Origin: Thermoplasmatota archaeon
Lineage (GTDB): Archaea; Thermoplasmatota; Thermoplasmata; Halarchaeoplasmatales; Halarchaeoplasmataceae
Reading direction: 5' to 3'
Assembly (NCBI GenBank): GCA_018334835.1
Contig: JAGXLF010000002.1
Span: 19,585 to 83,584, forward strand
Length of the DNA stretch: 64,000 bases
The notes beneath the pieces are model-generated. The model worked only from the letters and a program-made list of their open reading frames with translations, ran no database searches and had not been told where the DNA came from. The first letter of the stretch is position 1; the number at the start of each line of letters is the position of its first letter. A program made the position numbers and the translations under genes. Shown piece by piece: positions 1 to 8,677 of the stretch.

Positions 1-10
1 GGAAAAAGCT

Positions 11-520
11 TTGGAGAAAGGAGCTTTAAATATCATCGAGGGTTCTGACCATAGACCTGTTTCTTCGTTAGCAGTTCAGGTAGTTGCATCTAAAAGGAAA
101 AAAGCTTTGATCATGGATGGGAGCAGGACCGTAGATCCTTATTTCATGGTCAGGAAATGTAAGAGTGCAGGCCTTGACGAGAAAGAGATCTTGAAGAAAA
201 TAATGATATCTAGAGTGTTCACAGCCTATCAGTACATAGATCTTGTAGAAAAAGCTGAAGAAAAGTTGAAGGAGAGCAAAATTATATTCTTGGGCGTTGT
301 AGTTCTATCAACTCTCTTTGAAGACGAAGAGATGAACCAAGAAGAGGGAAGATGGCTCAGATCTAGATTGATAAAAAAGATAAAGAAGTTGGTAAAAGAA
401 GAAAGATTGTACGGGGTTATAGTTGACCCAAAAGTAGAGGTACTTCAGAAAAGGAATAGAGAAGAAAAAGACTTGTTAAATAGGGGAATCCAAAAAGGAA
501 AAATATATGAATCGCTCTAG
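11..520 (+). CDS. Inactivated RecA/RadA-like P-loop protein (type usually found with PolB2)
   Basis: RadA-like segments 'ALIMDGSRTVDPY' and 'ILKKIMISRVFTAYQ' but no GxxGxGKT Walker A; TTG start is at the window edge, so the true start is uncertain. Confidence 0.6.
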   Translation: MEKGALNIIEGSDHRPVSSLAVQVVASKRKKALIMDGSRTVDPYFMVRKCKSAGLDEKEILKKIMISRVFTAYQYIDLVEKAEEKLKESKIIFLGVVVLSTLFEDEEMNQEEGRWLRSRLIKKIKKLVKEERLYGVIVDPKVEVLQKRNREEKDLLNRGIQKGKIYESL

Positions 521-535
521 TGTCTCATCGATTAG

Positions 536-1216
536 ATGAATCATAGAAGGATCATCAATCTCCCTCTAGCGGCGATTTTTTTTCTCCTCTTCCTTTTAGT
601 GTTAGTGATACTTCCTCTTATCATCAGTGGAGTCTTCCGGATGCTGGGATTTAGTCCCTGGCAGACTTTTTTCCTGTTCCTCTTTTCGCTTATCGGAAGT
701 GTGATAAACATCCCTGTGTATTCGGTAAAAGTCAAGCAGTCTGTCCAGGAGGCTCGGCTAGGATCTTTTACGGACTTTCTATACCCCCAGCGTTCTTTTT
801 CTCGCCAAGAGATGAGATCTACTATAGCGATAAACCTAGGCGGAGCTATTATACCTGTGATTATATCTATCTACTTAGTCATCAATAATCCTCATCTGAT
901 GTGGCAGTATTTGGCAGGAATCGTGATAATGACTACTATCTGTTACAAACTAGCTCGGCCAGTTCCAGGAGTGGGGATAAGTATGCCTCTGCTCATTCCA
1001 CCCGTAGTAGCTGCTCTGATAGCTATTTTACTTCCTGGATCTCCGCAACAAGCCATAGCCTACGTTGCCGGTGTGAATGGCGTCATAATAGGAGCAGATA
1101 TCTTGAACTTGAGAAGAACTATTGGTATGAGGAGCAGAACACTCAGCATCGGTGGAGCCGGGACCTTCGACGGTATCTTCTTGACAGGTATCGTAGCAGT
1201 GCTTTTAACAGCCTGA
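536..1216 (+). CDS. DUF1614-family membrane protein
   Basis: Multiple TM helices; 'GSVINIP', 'IAINLGGAIIP', 'SIGGAGTFDGIFLTGI' motifs. Confidence 0.8.
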   Translation: MNHRRIINLPLAAIFFLLFLLVLVILPLIISGVFRMLGFSPWQTFFLFLFSLIGSVINIPVYSVKVKQSVQEARLGSFTDFLYPQRSFSRQEMRSTIAINLGGAIIPVIISIYLVINNPHLMWQYLAGIVIMTTICYKLARPVPGVGISMPLLIPPVVAALIAILLPGSPQQAIAYVAGVNGVIIGADILNLRRTIGMRSRTLSIGGAGTFDGIFLTGIVAVLLTA

Positions 1217-1257
1217 ACTATAAGAGATGTTCCTTTTATTGCACAACTCGTAAGATC

Positions 1258-2103
1258 TTAGTTCGCTTTTATCTTTTGGTCTACTAAATCGCCTGTAGAT
1301 TTTAAAGTCTTTCTCATACTTTCTATAAATTCTTCATTATCTAAAAGAGAAAAACCTATAGATTTTCCATTTATGACTACACACAACGGCATCGAAAATA
1401 TACTTGTGAATTCTTCAGGTTCCTCAAAAGGTACTATCAGTTTGATAGGGATATTAGAATCTAATTTGCGCAGTTCATTAAAAGTCTCCATCATCTCTTC
1501 AATACAGTACGGACAGTGTGAATTACAGAGAATAAGGGCTTTGTTTTTGTCCAATTCATCGATGGGCAGGTCAGTCGATTCTATTAGGGAATCATATGCT
1601 GTATAGTCCTCATTCAAGGGATAATAGAGGAGATACTCATGGTACTTATGGGTTTTAGAGAGTTGTTTGAACCCATTTTCTTTGTAGATTTCCGCGTTAT
1701 CTATGGGTCTAGGAAAGGGGTGAGTAAGAGTTATCAGAGCCCTTGCTCTTTCATTTTCAAAATATTGTTTAGGCTGTTCGAATTCCTTTATAGTTTCTTT
1801 TAACAGAGATTCTCTTATATTCATATCTTTCTTCTCTTTTTTTACAAAAGTACACTTTATCTCAACAATTTTCTGTTCAGTTTTTGGGATATATTGGATC
1901 ATCCCTACTATTTTAGAATCTAAATAAGCTACTTTGCCCACAGATCCATATTTTTTTATATTTTTGAGCATCCATCTTTTCCACAAAAAATTTCCCTCCA
2001 CAAAATACGGATCGTCTATTTTTTCTTCTGGAACGCATAAACCCTCCAAGTCATCCAATATATTTCCGCCTATATCTTCAATTTTAATCTGTTGTTGTTG
2101 CAC
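1258..2103 (-). CDS. GNAT-fold protein with C-terminal thioredoxin-like (YoaP-like) domain
   Basis: 'GKVAYLDSKIVGMIQYIP', 'IYKENGF' (GNAT); 'HCPYC' CxxC in the C-terminal domain. Confidence 0.6.
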   Translation of the reverse strand: MQQQQIKIEDIGGNILDDLEGLCVPEEKIDDPYFVEGNFLWKRWMLKNIKKYGSVGKVAYLDSKIVGMIQYIPKTEQKIVEIKCTFVKKEKKDMNIRESLLKETIKEFEQPKQYFENERARALITLTHPFPRPIDNAEIYKENGFKQLSKTHKYHEYLLYYPLNEDYTAYDSLIESTDLPIDELDKNKALILCNSHCPYCIEEMMETFNELRKLDSNIPIKLIVPFEEPEEFTSIFSMPLCVVINGKSIGFSLLDNEEFIESMRKTLKSTGDLVDQKIKAN

Positions 2104-2269
2104 AATTTTGCCTCCCTAATCTATAACTATCGAGGTCGTACTTTAAATACTTATCTATTTATTAAGATTTTTTAGTATTTACTCCTACATAGAAAAATTG
2201 CTTAAACATTTGAAAAAATCAAAAAAGGAAAAGGGTTTTTAGTGTTGCGTTTCAGGAATTCTTCCAGTT

Positions 2270-5200
2270 TCACTCGAATTTCGCATCTGTGGCTAAACCT
2301 GTGTCATTCACATGGATATCATCGTTGTAGTCGTAGTACTCTAGTATGATATACTCGGTACAACATCTTAGTGTAACATGTACAAAGTGGTCATCTTCGC
2401 TCTCGATCACATAGTATCCTGGATCGTACATGCCGAATATGTAGTAGCCGTGCTCACCAGTGACACCTTCATCGATGGGTCCATCTCCGATAGGTTCGCC
2501 GTATTCATCAGCTTCCCAGAGATATAATTCTAGACCAACCACAGGTTCCGTCATTTCATAGTCGTAGGCTTTTACTGAGATATAGCTCTGTCTGTAGTTG
2601 CCGAAATAGACTTCAACTTCTTCTACACAACCCATCCTGACGTGGACTTCCATGTCAGTAGTGTTTGTCCATCCGCAGGGTCCTAGGACTTCTCTCACTA
2701 CGTAATCGCCTGGTCCTACATCCTCAAATCTGTAAATTCCCCAGTTATCAGTGTATTCAACTTCGATTGGTTCGTCGCCGATCATATTGCCCTCAACATC
2801 AGCCTCCCAAAGCTGGATCTCCCAGCCGTGCAGCGGCCAATCTAGACACTCATCGAATTCTCCGTTCATGTTGAAGTCGCAGTACTTCCATCCCGTTATG
2901 TCACCGTATCTGTAGTTACCGAAGTCTGCACGAGTCCACTGTTCTGGATAGACATCGACAAAGTAATAATCCTGTGTACTGTTGTACCACTCGTTCATCA
3001 TCTCTTCCTCAACCATGTATTCTCCTGGTTCTAGGCAGCAGAAGGAATAATATCCATTTTCATCAGTTGTAGTGTTCCCAATGTACTCTAAAGCCACAGC
3101 TGAAGGTCCTATCGGTTCAGAATGATAATATCTGTACAGATGTATCTTCCATCCTTCTAGACCGCACTCGTCATCATCGAATTCCTCGTTCATATTGACA
3201 TCGCAGAACTTGTATCCCTCAATACATCCGCCAGGTACGTTGCCGAACCAGAGTTCTGAGGTATTACCAGCTGTTATTTCAACATATTGGATATCCTCTG
3301 TTGTTGGGAACCAACAATCTTGGACTATTTCCTGAACAGCGTACAATCCCGATTCTAGACTCTCGAACATCGCTAAACCATCTTCGTCAGTTACATTTGT
3401 AGCGATTATAGCTTCTGGTTGTCCTTCATCAGTTGTATTCCATAGGTTGAATGTCCAGCCTTCCAACATCTCTTCTCCTTCGTCGTAATATCCATCCATG
3501 TTCTCATCGTGGAACTTGTAGACTTCTAAGTCACCGTACTCTATATTACCGAACCAAACTTCCCAATGATCTCCCGGTCCTAATGTTTGTTCTTGCCACA
3601 ACGGGGTGGTGTTCAACCATCCGATGTCCAAAACCTCTGTAACGTTGAAATCACCGACTGGTACGAGGAAGTTATATGATCCTTCTACACCTAAAGTCTC
3701 AGCGAATACTTGTACACCTTCGAAATCGCCTAGTACATCGAAATTTACAGTCTGATCTGCTAGTAGATAATCACCATCTCCAATGCTGTATACACCGTCC
3801 ATATTTACGTCATTGAACTTGTTTATCGTTATCTCTGGGAACTCATAGTTTCCGAAGTTGATTATAGCTTTCGGGCTGCAGCAGTTAAATCTGATCTTCA
3901 CTACGGATTCTGTAGTGTTATCCCATCCATATGGTACTTCTTCCTGCACATAGTAGGTTCCTACTTTTAGACCTTCAAAGTAGTAATATCCGTTCGGCTG
4001 TGTATAGAAAGTTTCTATTATCTCTCCCGGTTCTCCGTCGATCTCATTCCATAGGTTGATCTCCCAACCTTCTAGAACCCAATCTTCCTCGTTGAATTCT
4101 CCATCCATGTTCTCATCGTAGAACTTGATACCGTATATCTGCTTGTACATGCAGTTGGAGAAATCTATGTCAGTTGTTGTTTCGCAGGGTTCTACATACA
4201 CGTGCAGTATATCCGCAGTGTTGTTATACCAACCTTCGTACATCTCTTCCTGAACGAAGTATTCACCAGGCATCACACAGTTGAAGTAGTACATTCCGTC
4301 CCTGTTGGTCTCTGTGGTCTCTATTATCTCTCCAGGCACTCCATCTTCTACGGTCCATAGATTGATCTCCCAACCCATCAGGGGCTTGTCCAATCCAACG
4401 TCGAAATTTCCATCAGCTTCGATATCGAGGAACTTCATCCCTTCGATTCTTCCACCTTGTACGTTTCCGAAGTACAGATTATATTCTCCACCTGGTTTCA
4501 CGTAGACGTGCTGTAAGACTTCAGTCGTCGGCAACCAACAGCATTCTTCTTCCAATACTTGCCTTGGCAATTCCTCTACTATGTAATCACCGGCAACTAA
4601 ATCCTCGAACGTGTAAGTACCGTTGGTTGTTATGACAGGATCTCCTATCGTCTCAACGGGGTTACCTTCTTCGTCGGCTTCCCATAGTTGGAACGCGAAT
4701 CCGTCTATCCAAGGTTCTCCTTCATCCCTTTCACCGTTGTAGTTCAAATCGTGGTACTTATTGACTGTGATATCTCCGTACTGAATGTTACCGAACCAAA
4801 CTTCGGATTCCTCCACAGGATAAACTGTCACTGGTTGCAACAAGTCTGTGGTATGTTCCCAGTCCTCTTTGAGTTCCTCCTGAACGATATAATCACCTGG
4901 ATAGACCTCCTCGAAAACTAATTCACCGTTTGCATCTGTTGTTCCGTTAGCTATTATTTCTTCTGGTTCTCCTTCATCATCGGTTGTCCATAGGTTGAAC
5001 ATCCAATCTTCGAGCATGTAGTCTTCTTCCTCATCGAACATACCGTTCTCGTTCATATCGTAGTACTTGTATACTGTGATCTCTCCGTCCATCATGGCAT
5101 TTCCGAATTCAACGGTCATCGGTTCTCTAAGCCAGAATGAATCTTCAACGTATCTATCGTAGTCACCTTCGCCGTTTAATATTGTCATTTCCATATCGCC

Positions 5201-5659
5201 GTTCTCTGTGATAGAAACCTCGGTTTCTTCAACTTCTTCTACCGTTGGATACACCGCAGATCCAGTGTTATACCATCCTTCAGGTATGTATTCTCGGACT
5301 TTATAGTGTCCTATCTCATCGTTCGGGAATCCACACTGATAGTCTTCAAAAACAAGATATCCATCACTATCAGTGTACCCGCTAGCGAGGTAATACCACG
5401 GGGGATGATCTCTATCATCTCCATTTTCGTAACCCTTACCATAGAGTTCGAAATACCATTCTTCTAGTCCTTCTTCTCCTTCATCGTATATTCCGTTTTG
5501 GTTTTCGTCGTAGTACTTGAACACTGTTATGTCATATTCACATGTATCGTTGTCCTCCTCCGTTATCCCGGAGGCATTTGTGATCACTGTTACGCCAATT
5601 CCTAGGCTGCTAATAGCAAGGAAACTCGCTATCAACAGCACTATTACGTGTTGTTTCAT
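2270..5659 (-). CDS. Secreted acidic surface protein with 10 SdrD-B/CnaB-like repeats
   Basis: N-terminal signal peptide; about 100-aa repeats starting I-x-x-x-K-(Y/F)-x-D-x-N-x-(N/D)-G and ending (F)GN; GGTGA ribosome site upstream. Confidence 0.85.
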   Translation of the reverse strand: MKQHVIVLLIASFLAISSLGIGVTVITNASGITEEDNDTCEYDITVFKYYDENQNGIYDEGEEGLEEWYFELYGKGYENGDDRDHPPWYYLASGYTDSDGYLVFEDYQCGFPNDEIGHYKVREYIPEGWYNTGSAVYPTVEEVEETEVSITENGDMEMTILNGEGDYDRYVEDSFWLREPMTVEFGNAMMDGEITVYKYYDMNENGMFDEEEDYMLEDWMFNLWTTDDEGEPEEIIANGTTDANGELVFEEVYPGDYIVQEELKEDWEHTTDLLQPVTVYPVEESEVWFGNIQYGDITVNKYHDLNYNGERDEGEPWIDGFAFQLWEADEEGNPVETIGDPVITTNGTYTFEDLVAGDYIVEELPRQVLEEECCWLPTTEVLQHVYVKPGGEYNLYFGNVQGGRIEGMKFLDIEADGNFDVGLDKPLMGWEINLWTVEDGVPGEIIETTETNRDGMYYFNCVMPGEYFVQEEMYEGWYNNTADILHVYVEPCETTTDIDFSNCMYKQIYGIKFYDENMDGEFNEEDWVLEGWEINLWNEIDGEPGEIIETFYTQPNGYYYFEGLKVGTYYVQEEVPYGWDNTTESVVKIRFNCCSPKAIINFGNYEFPEITINKFNDVNMDGVYSIGDGDYLLADQTVNFDVLGDFEGVQVFAETLGVEGSYNFLVPVGDFNVTEVLDIGWLNTTPLWQEQTLGPGDHWEVWFGNIEYGDLEVYKFHDENMDGYYDEGEEMLEGWTFNLWNTTDEGQPEAIIATNVTDEDGLAMFESLESGLYAVQEIVQDCWFPTTEDIQYVEITAGNTSELWFGNVPGGCIEGYKFCDVNMNEEFDDDECGLEGWKIHLYRYYHSEPIGPSAVALEYIGNTTTDENGYYSFCCLEPGEYMVEEEMMNEWYNSTQDYYFVDVYPEQWTRADFGNYRYGDITGWKYCDFNMNGEFDECLDWPLHGWEIQLWEADVEGNMIGDEPIEVEYTDNWGIYRFEDVGPGDYVVREVLGPCGWTNTTDMEVHVRMGCVEEVEVYFGNYRQSYISVKAYDYEMTEPVVGLELYLWEADEYGEPIGDGPIDEGVTGEHGYYIFGMYDPGYYVIESEDDHFVHVTLRCCTEYIILEYYDYNDDIHVNDTGLATDAKFE

Positions 5660-6017
5660 TTTCTCACCAACTATATAAAGAGCATACTAGTATATATACT
5701 TATCTTAAAATATCAATTATTTTAGGTATCTAAATATATTTTAGATATATAAGTAACTTATTTAAATTTTGAGGATTAGTAGAAATATTTTGATAAATCA
5801 GACCAACCTAGATATATTTTTTAAATTTTCTAAAGAAAAACTATTCAGTGTGCTCAAAATCGGCATAAAAACTATAGTTTTAACGATAACATTTAGAGAG
5901 AGATTATGTAATTTGATTTTTTATATATACATACCTGATTGCTTCTCTAAATTTACAAAAAGTAAAAAAGAAAATAGGGTTTATAGACCGAATAGAGCAA
6001 GAATTAGATTCGATATG

Positions 6018-6509
6018 TCATTTAACGGATCTAGATGGCTTCCTTTTCGCTAGGATCGGATATATTTTTTTCATCGTTTTTGGTTCTCTAGAGATACCTT
6101 TTGGTGTCCCTTTTTTAACCAAGACTGGATATTTTTTAACTACTCTTTTCGGTCTAATAGAAGCATTTTTTTCTTTTATCGAGTTATATTTCCTAACTTT
6201 TGCTTTTTCTCTAAGGTAATTTCTGTAAGTATCTGATGAGAGGCTACCGATAGTCCATGTCAGTCCAAGCAGGATCAGGTTGATAGACCAGAAACCTATA
6301 AAGACCACTATGAAATAATTTTGATATTCCAAGTTGGTCATTATTGTACTCAATTCGGCCTCACCACCTGTTGGGGACGGTGTTCTCGTTAGGAACAAAT
6401 AGGCAGGACCAAGAGAGGGCCATAATAAAAATATACCTTTCAACCAGGTCGGCCAATTCTTCCACTTCAGTTTTTCAGACAACAACAATAAAGCTAATTT
6501 CAAGTTCAT
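6018..6509 (-). CDS. Hypothetical two-TM membrane protein with basic C-terminal tail
   Basis: Two hydrophobic segments; GGAGG upstream; K/R-rich tail. Confidence 0.6.
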   Translation of the reverse strand: MNLKLALLLLSEKLKWKNWPTWLKGIFLLWPSLGPAYLFLTRTPSPTGGEAELSTIMTNLEYQNYFIVVFIGFWSINLILLGLTWTIGSLSSDTYRNYLREKAKVRKYNSIKEKNASIRPKRVVKKYPVLVKKGTPKGISREPKTMKKIYPILAKRKPSRSVK

Positions 6510-6653
6510 AATTATACCTCCATCTTATAAACTACGAACAACTATATAAAGATATCTAAGATATATAGAAAAAGAGTTTGTTCTTCTAAAAAAGAGTTCA
6601 TTACAAAAAAGTTAGAAAAGATTTTGTAAGGAGTACCTTCGCTATTCACTCAT

Positions 6654-7826
6654 CTACTTCTCTTCGAGCTTTTTCTCTAGTTCAGAGATCCTTTCCTTCA
6701 ACTCTTTTATCTCTTCTTTTTGGTCTTTTTCTTTAGGTTTCATCATCTTCTCATATGTGGATCTGATCGGCTCTAGAACATTTTCTATCCTTTCCATGTA
6801 ATCCTTTTCGGTCATCTCCGTAAATTCTTCTATCTTTTTCGCCAACTTAGGCCTTTTCCTGCCTAGATTTTCCCAGAATTCCTTGTAGATATCGTCGTGT
6901 TTTTCAGGTATCTTTGACATCTTCTTGTCTAGCTCACTAGAGATCAGCTCCCACTTCTCAAGCACTTTCTTAGCCTCTTCGTTTTCTTCAGCGAGTTCTC
7001 GTAACTCCTGAGAAATACTCTCGGAGAACTCGTCCCAAGTATCGCTGAGCGCTTCTTCTTTATCCTCGAGCCTATCTCGTGCATCTTCTAATTCTTCACG
7101 GACCTCTTTGATCATATCGAACCACAATGGGTAAAGGTCTCTTAACTTTCTATCAGGTTCGGCCATTATCTTTCGGCTCTCTTCGGTGTGCTCCTCTATT
7201 ATATCACCGATAGATTCTCTCTTCACCTCTAGCTCCAATGGTATCTCTTTAAGATGAAAATTCATCTCTTCACTGAAATCTTCCCACTCTTTTTTCAGTC
7301 TTTCTACGTCTTCCTCAGGTAGCCCTTTTTTAGCTAACATCTCGATGTTTTTCTTAACCACTTGTGACTGTTCTTCCCACATCTTTTCGATCTCTATCCA
7401 ATACTTTTCCGGACTGATCTTCAAATCTTTCAAATTTTTCCCGGCTTCTTTCTGCATCTCTTTCCAGAATTTCTTTATGTATTTTGGAGCTCCGATATCG
7501 AAGTCGCCGAAAAGTTTAGTAGGCGTGAAAATATCTTCTCCTTTAGCCTCATCCTTTACAGTCTCTTTTTCTTCTTCAGAATCCTCGCCGACGATATCCT
7601 TAACTCTTTCGTAGAGTTCGATGGAGAGCAATTGGTAAGCCATGTCCTCCTTGAGCCAGTCACTCTCTAATTCAACATCGAGATTTATCAGCAACTCTTC
7701 CATCTCATCTCTCAAAAACTCATCGTTGAACTTTTCCATCAGTTTATCGTCTTCTTCTTCCTCATCATACACTTCTAAATATCTTTCATATAACCCATTT
7801 ACATCATCCATATTGATCACTCCCAT
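6654..7826 (-). CDS. Acidic all-helical protein, PhaE/phasin/apolipoprotein-like
   Basis: Amphipathic helices with periodic Trp; 'LRDLYPLWFD' and C-terminal 'EEIKELKERISELEKKL' resemble PhaE; start may be 7811. Confidence 0.45.
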   Translation of the reverse strand: MGVINMDDVNGLYERYLEVYDEEEEDDKLMEKFNDEFLRDEMEELLINLDVELESDWLKEDMAYQLLSIELYERVKDIVGEDSEEEKETVKDEAKGEDIFTPTKLFGDFDIGAPKYIKKFWKEMQKEAGKNLKDLKISPEKYWIEIEKMWEEQSQVVKKNIEMLAKKGLPEEDVERLKKEWEDFSEEMNFHLKEIPLELEVKRESIGDIIEEHTEESRKIMAEPDRKLRDLYPLWFDMIKEVREELEDARDRLEDKEEALSDTWDEFSESISQELRELAEENEEAKKVLEKWELISSELDKKMSKIPEKHDDIYKEFWENLGRKRPKLAKKIEEFTEMTEKDYMERIENVLEPIRSTYEKMMKPKEKDQKEEIKELKERISELEKKLEEK

Positions 7827-7886
7827 CTATTAGTTCATTATTACTTTAGAGCTTAATATATTTTTTTACATGCCCTCTAAGAAAAC

Positions 7887-8333
7887 TCACTCTATTACAG
7901 GACAATCTTCGTTAGGACAGGACGGTATCTCATTCCCATGTGGACAAACGGAAGGAGCACCCATCCTTTCACATATCTCGTCTATCATCTCCATATCAAA
8001 GATATGCTCGAGTTCACAGGCTTTTTCATGCATTTTGTCATCGGATATATCAAAAAACTCATCCAAAAAAACCTCTAATACCCTGTGGGTTCTAACGATC
8101 TTTCTTCCCTCCTTTCGACCTTTATCGGTCAATTCTACTCCATGGTAAGGCTGATATATTATGTAACCTTCCTGCTCCAATTTAGGTAAAATCTCCGTCA
8201 CGGAGGGCGAAGAAATACTCAAGTCTTCAGCGATCTCGCTGGTCTTTATCTTTTCCTTACCTTCCTTTGAAGAGAGTTTGTAAAGCGTCTCTAGGTATTC
8301 CTCTTTAGTCTCTTTGTTCATGATAATCATCAA
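7887..8333 (-). CDS. DtxR/MntR-family metal-dependent transcriptional regulator
   Basis: 'EEYLETLYKL', HTH 'IAEDLSISSPSVTE', 'HRVLEVFL', 'ACELEH', 'CPHG'. Confidence 0.92.
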   Translation of the reverse strand: MMIIMNKETKEEYLETLYKLSSKEGKEKIKTSEIAEDLSISSPSVTEILPKLEQEGYIIYQPYHGVELTDKGRKEGRKIVRTHRVLEVFLDEFFDISDDKMHEKACELEHIFDMEMIDEICERMGAPSVCPHGNEIPSCPNEDCPVIE

Positions 8334-8408
8334 GATAGAAACGATTAGTTAAATCTTCTCCAAGAAAGAGTTATAATCAATCTAAAACAGTATACATAAC
8401 AAAAAAGA

Positions 8409-8483
8409 TAGCGGGGAGTGGATTTGAACCACTGGTCTCCGGGTTATGAGCCCGACGGAATATCCTGGCTATCCTACCCCGCT
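8409..8483 (-). tRNA. tRNA-Met(CAT), initiator
   Basis: Reverse complement AGCGGGG...CGGGCT-CAT-AACCCG...GGTTCAAATCC...CCCCGCTA; A1-U72 pair and three G-C pairs in the anticodon stem; CCA not encoded; T-run follows. Confidence 0.95.
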
Positions 8484-8677
8484 ATGATGAAGATGTCCCA
8501 CAAAATCTAGTTCTGGGATTTCCCATACGAATATGTATTTTATAAATTTTTCCTCGGAAGGTGTATGAGAAATCTAGGGATAATCTCTTCATAGTAATTT
8601 TTATAAACTGTGCTGAGTATATTGGTAAATTGCTCTTTAGATTATACAGTATCAACGAAAAAATGGGGTAGCAAAAT

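Noticed and set aside
5769-6053. 94-aa ORF on the + strand
   Set aside because: TTG start in an AT-rich intergenic region, no motif, overlaps a real gene end
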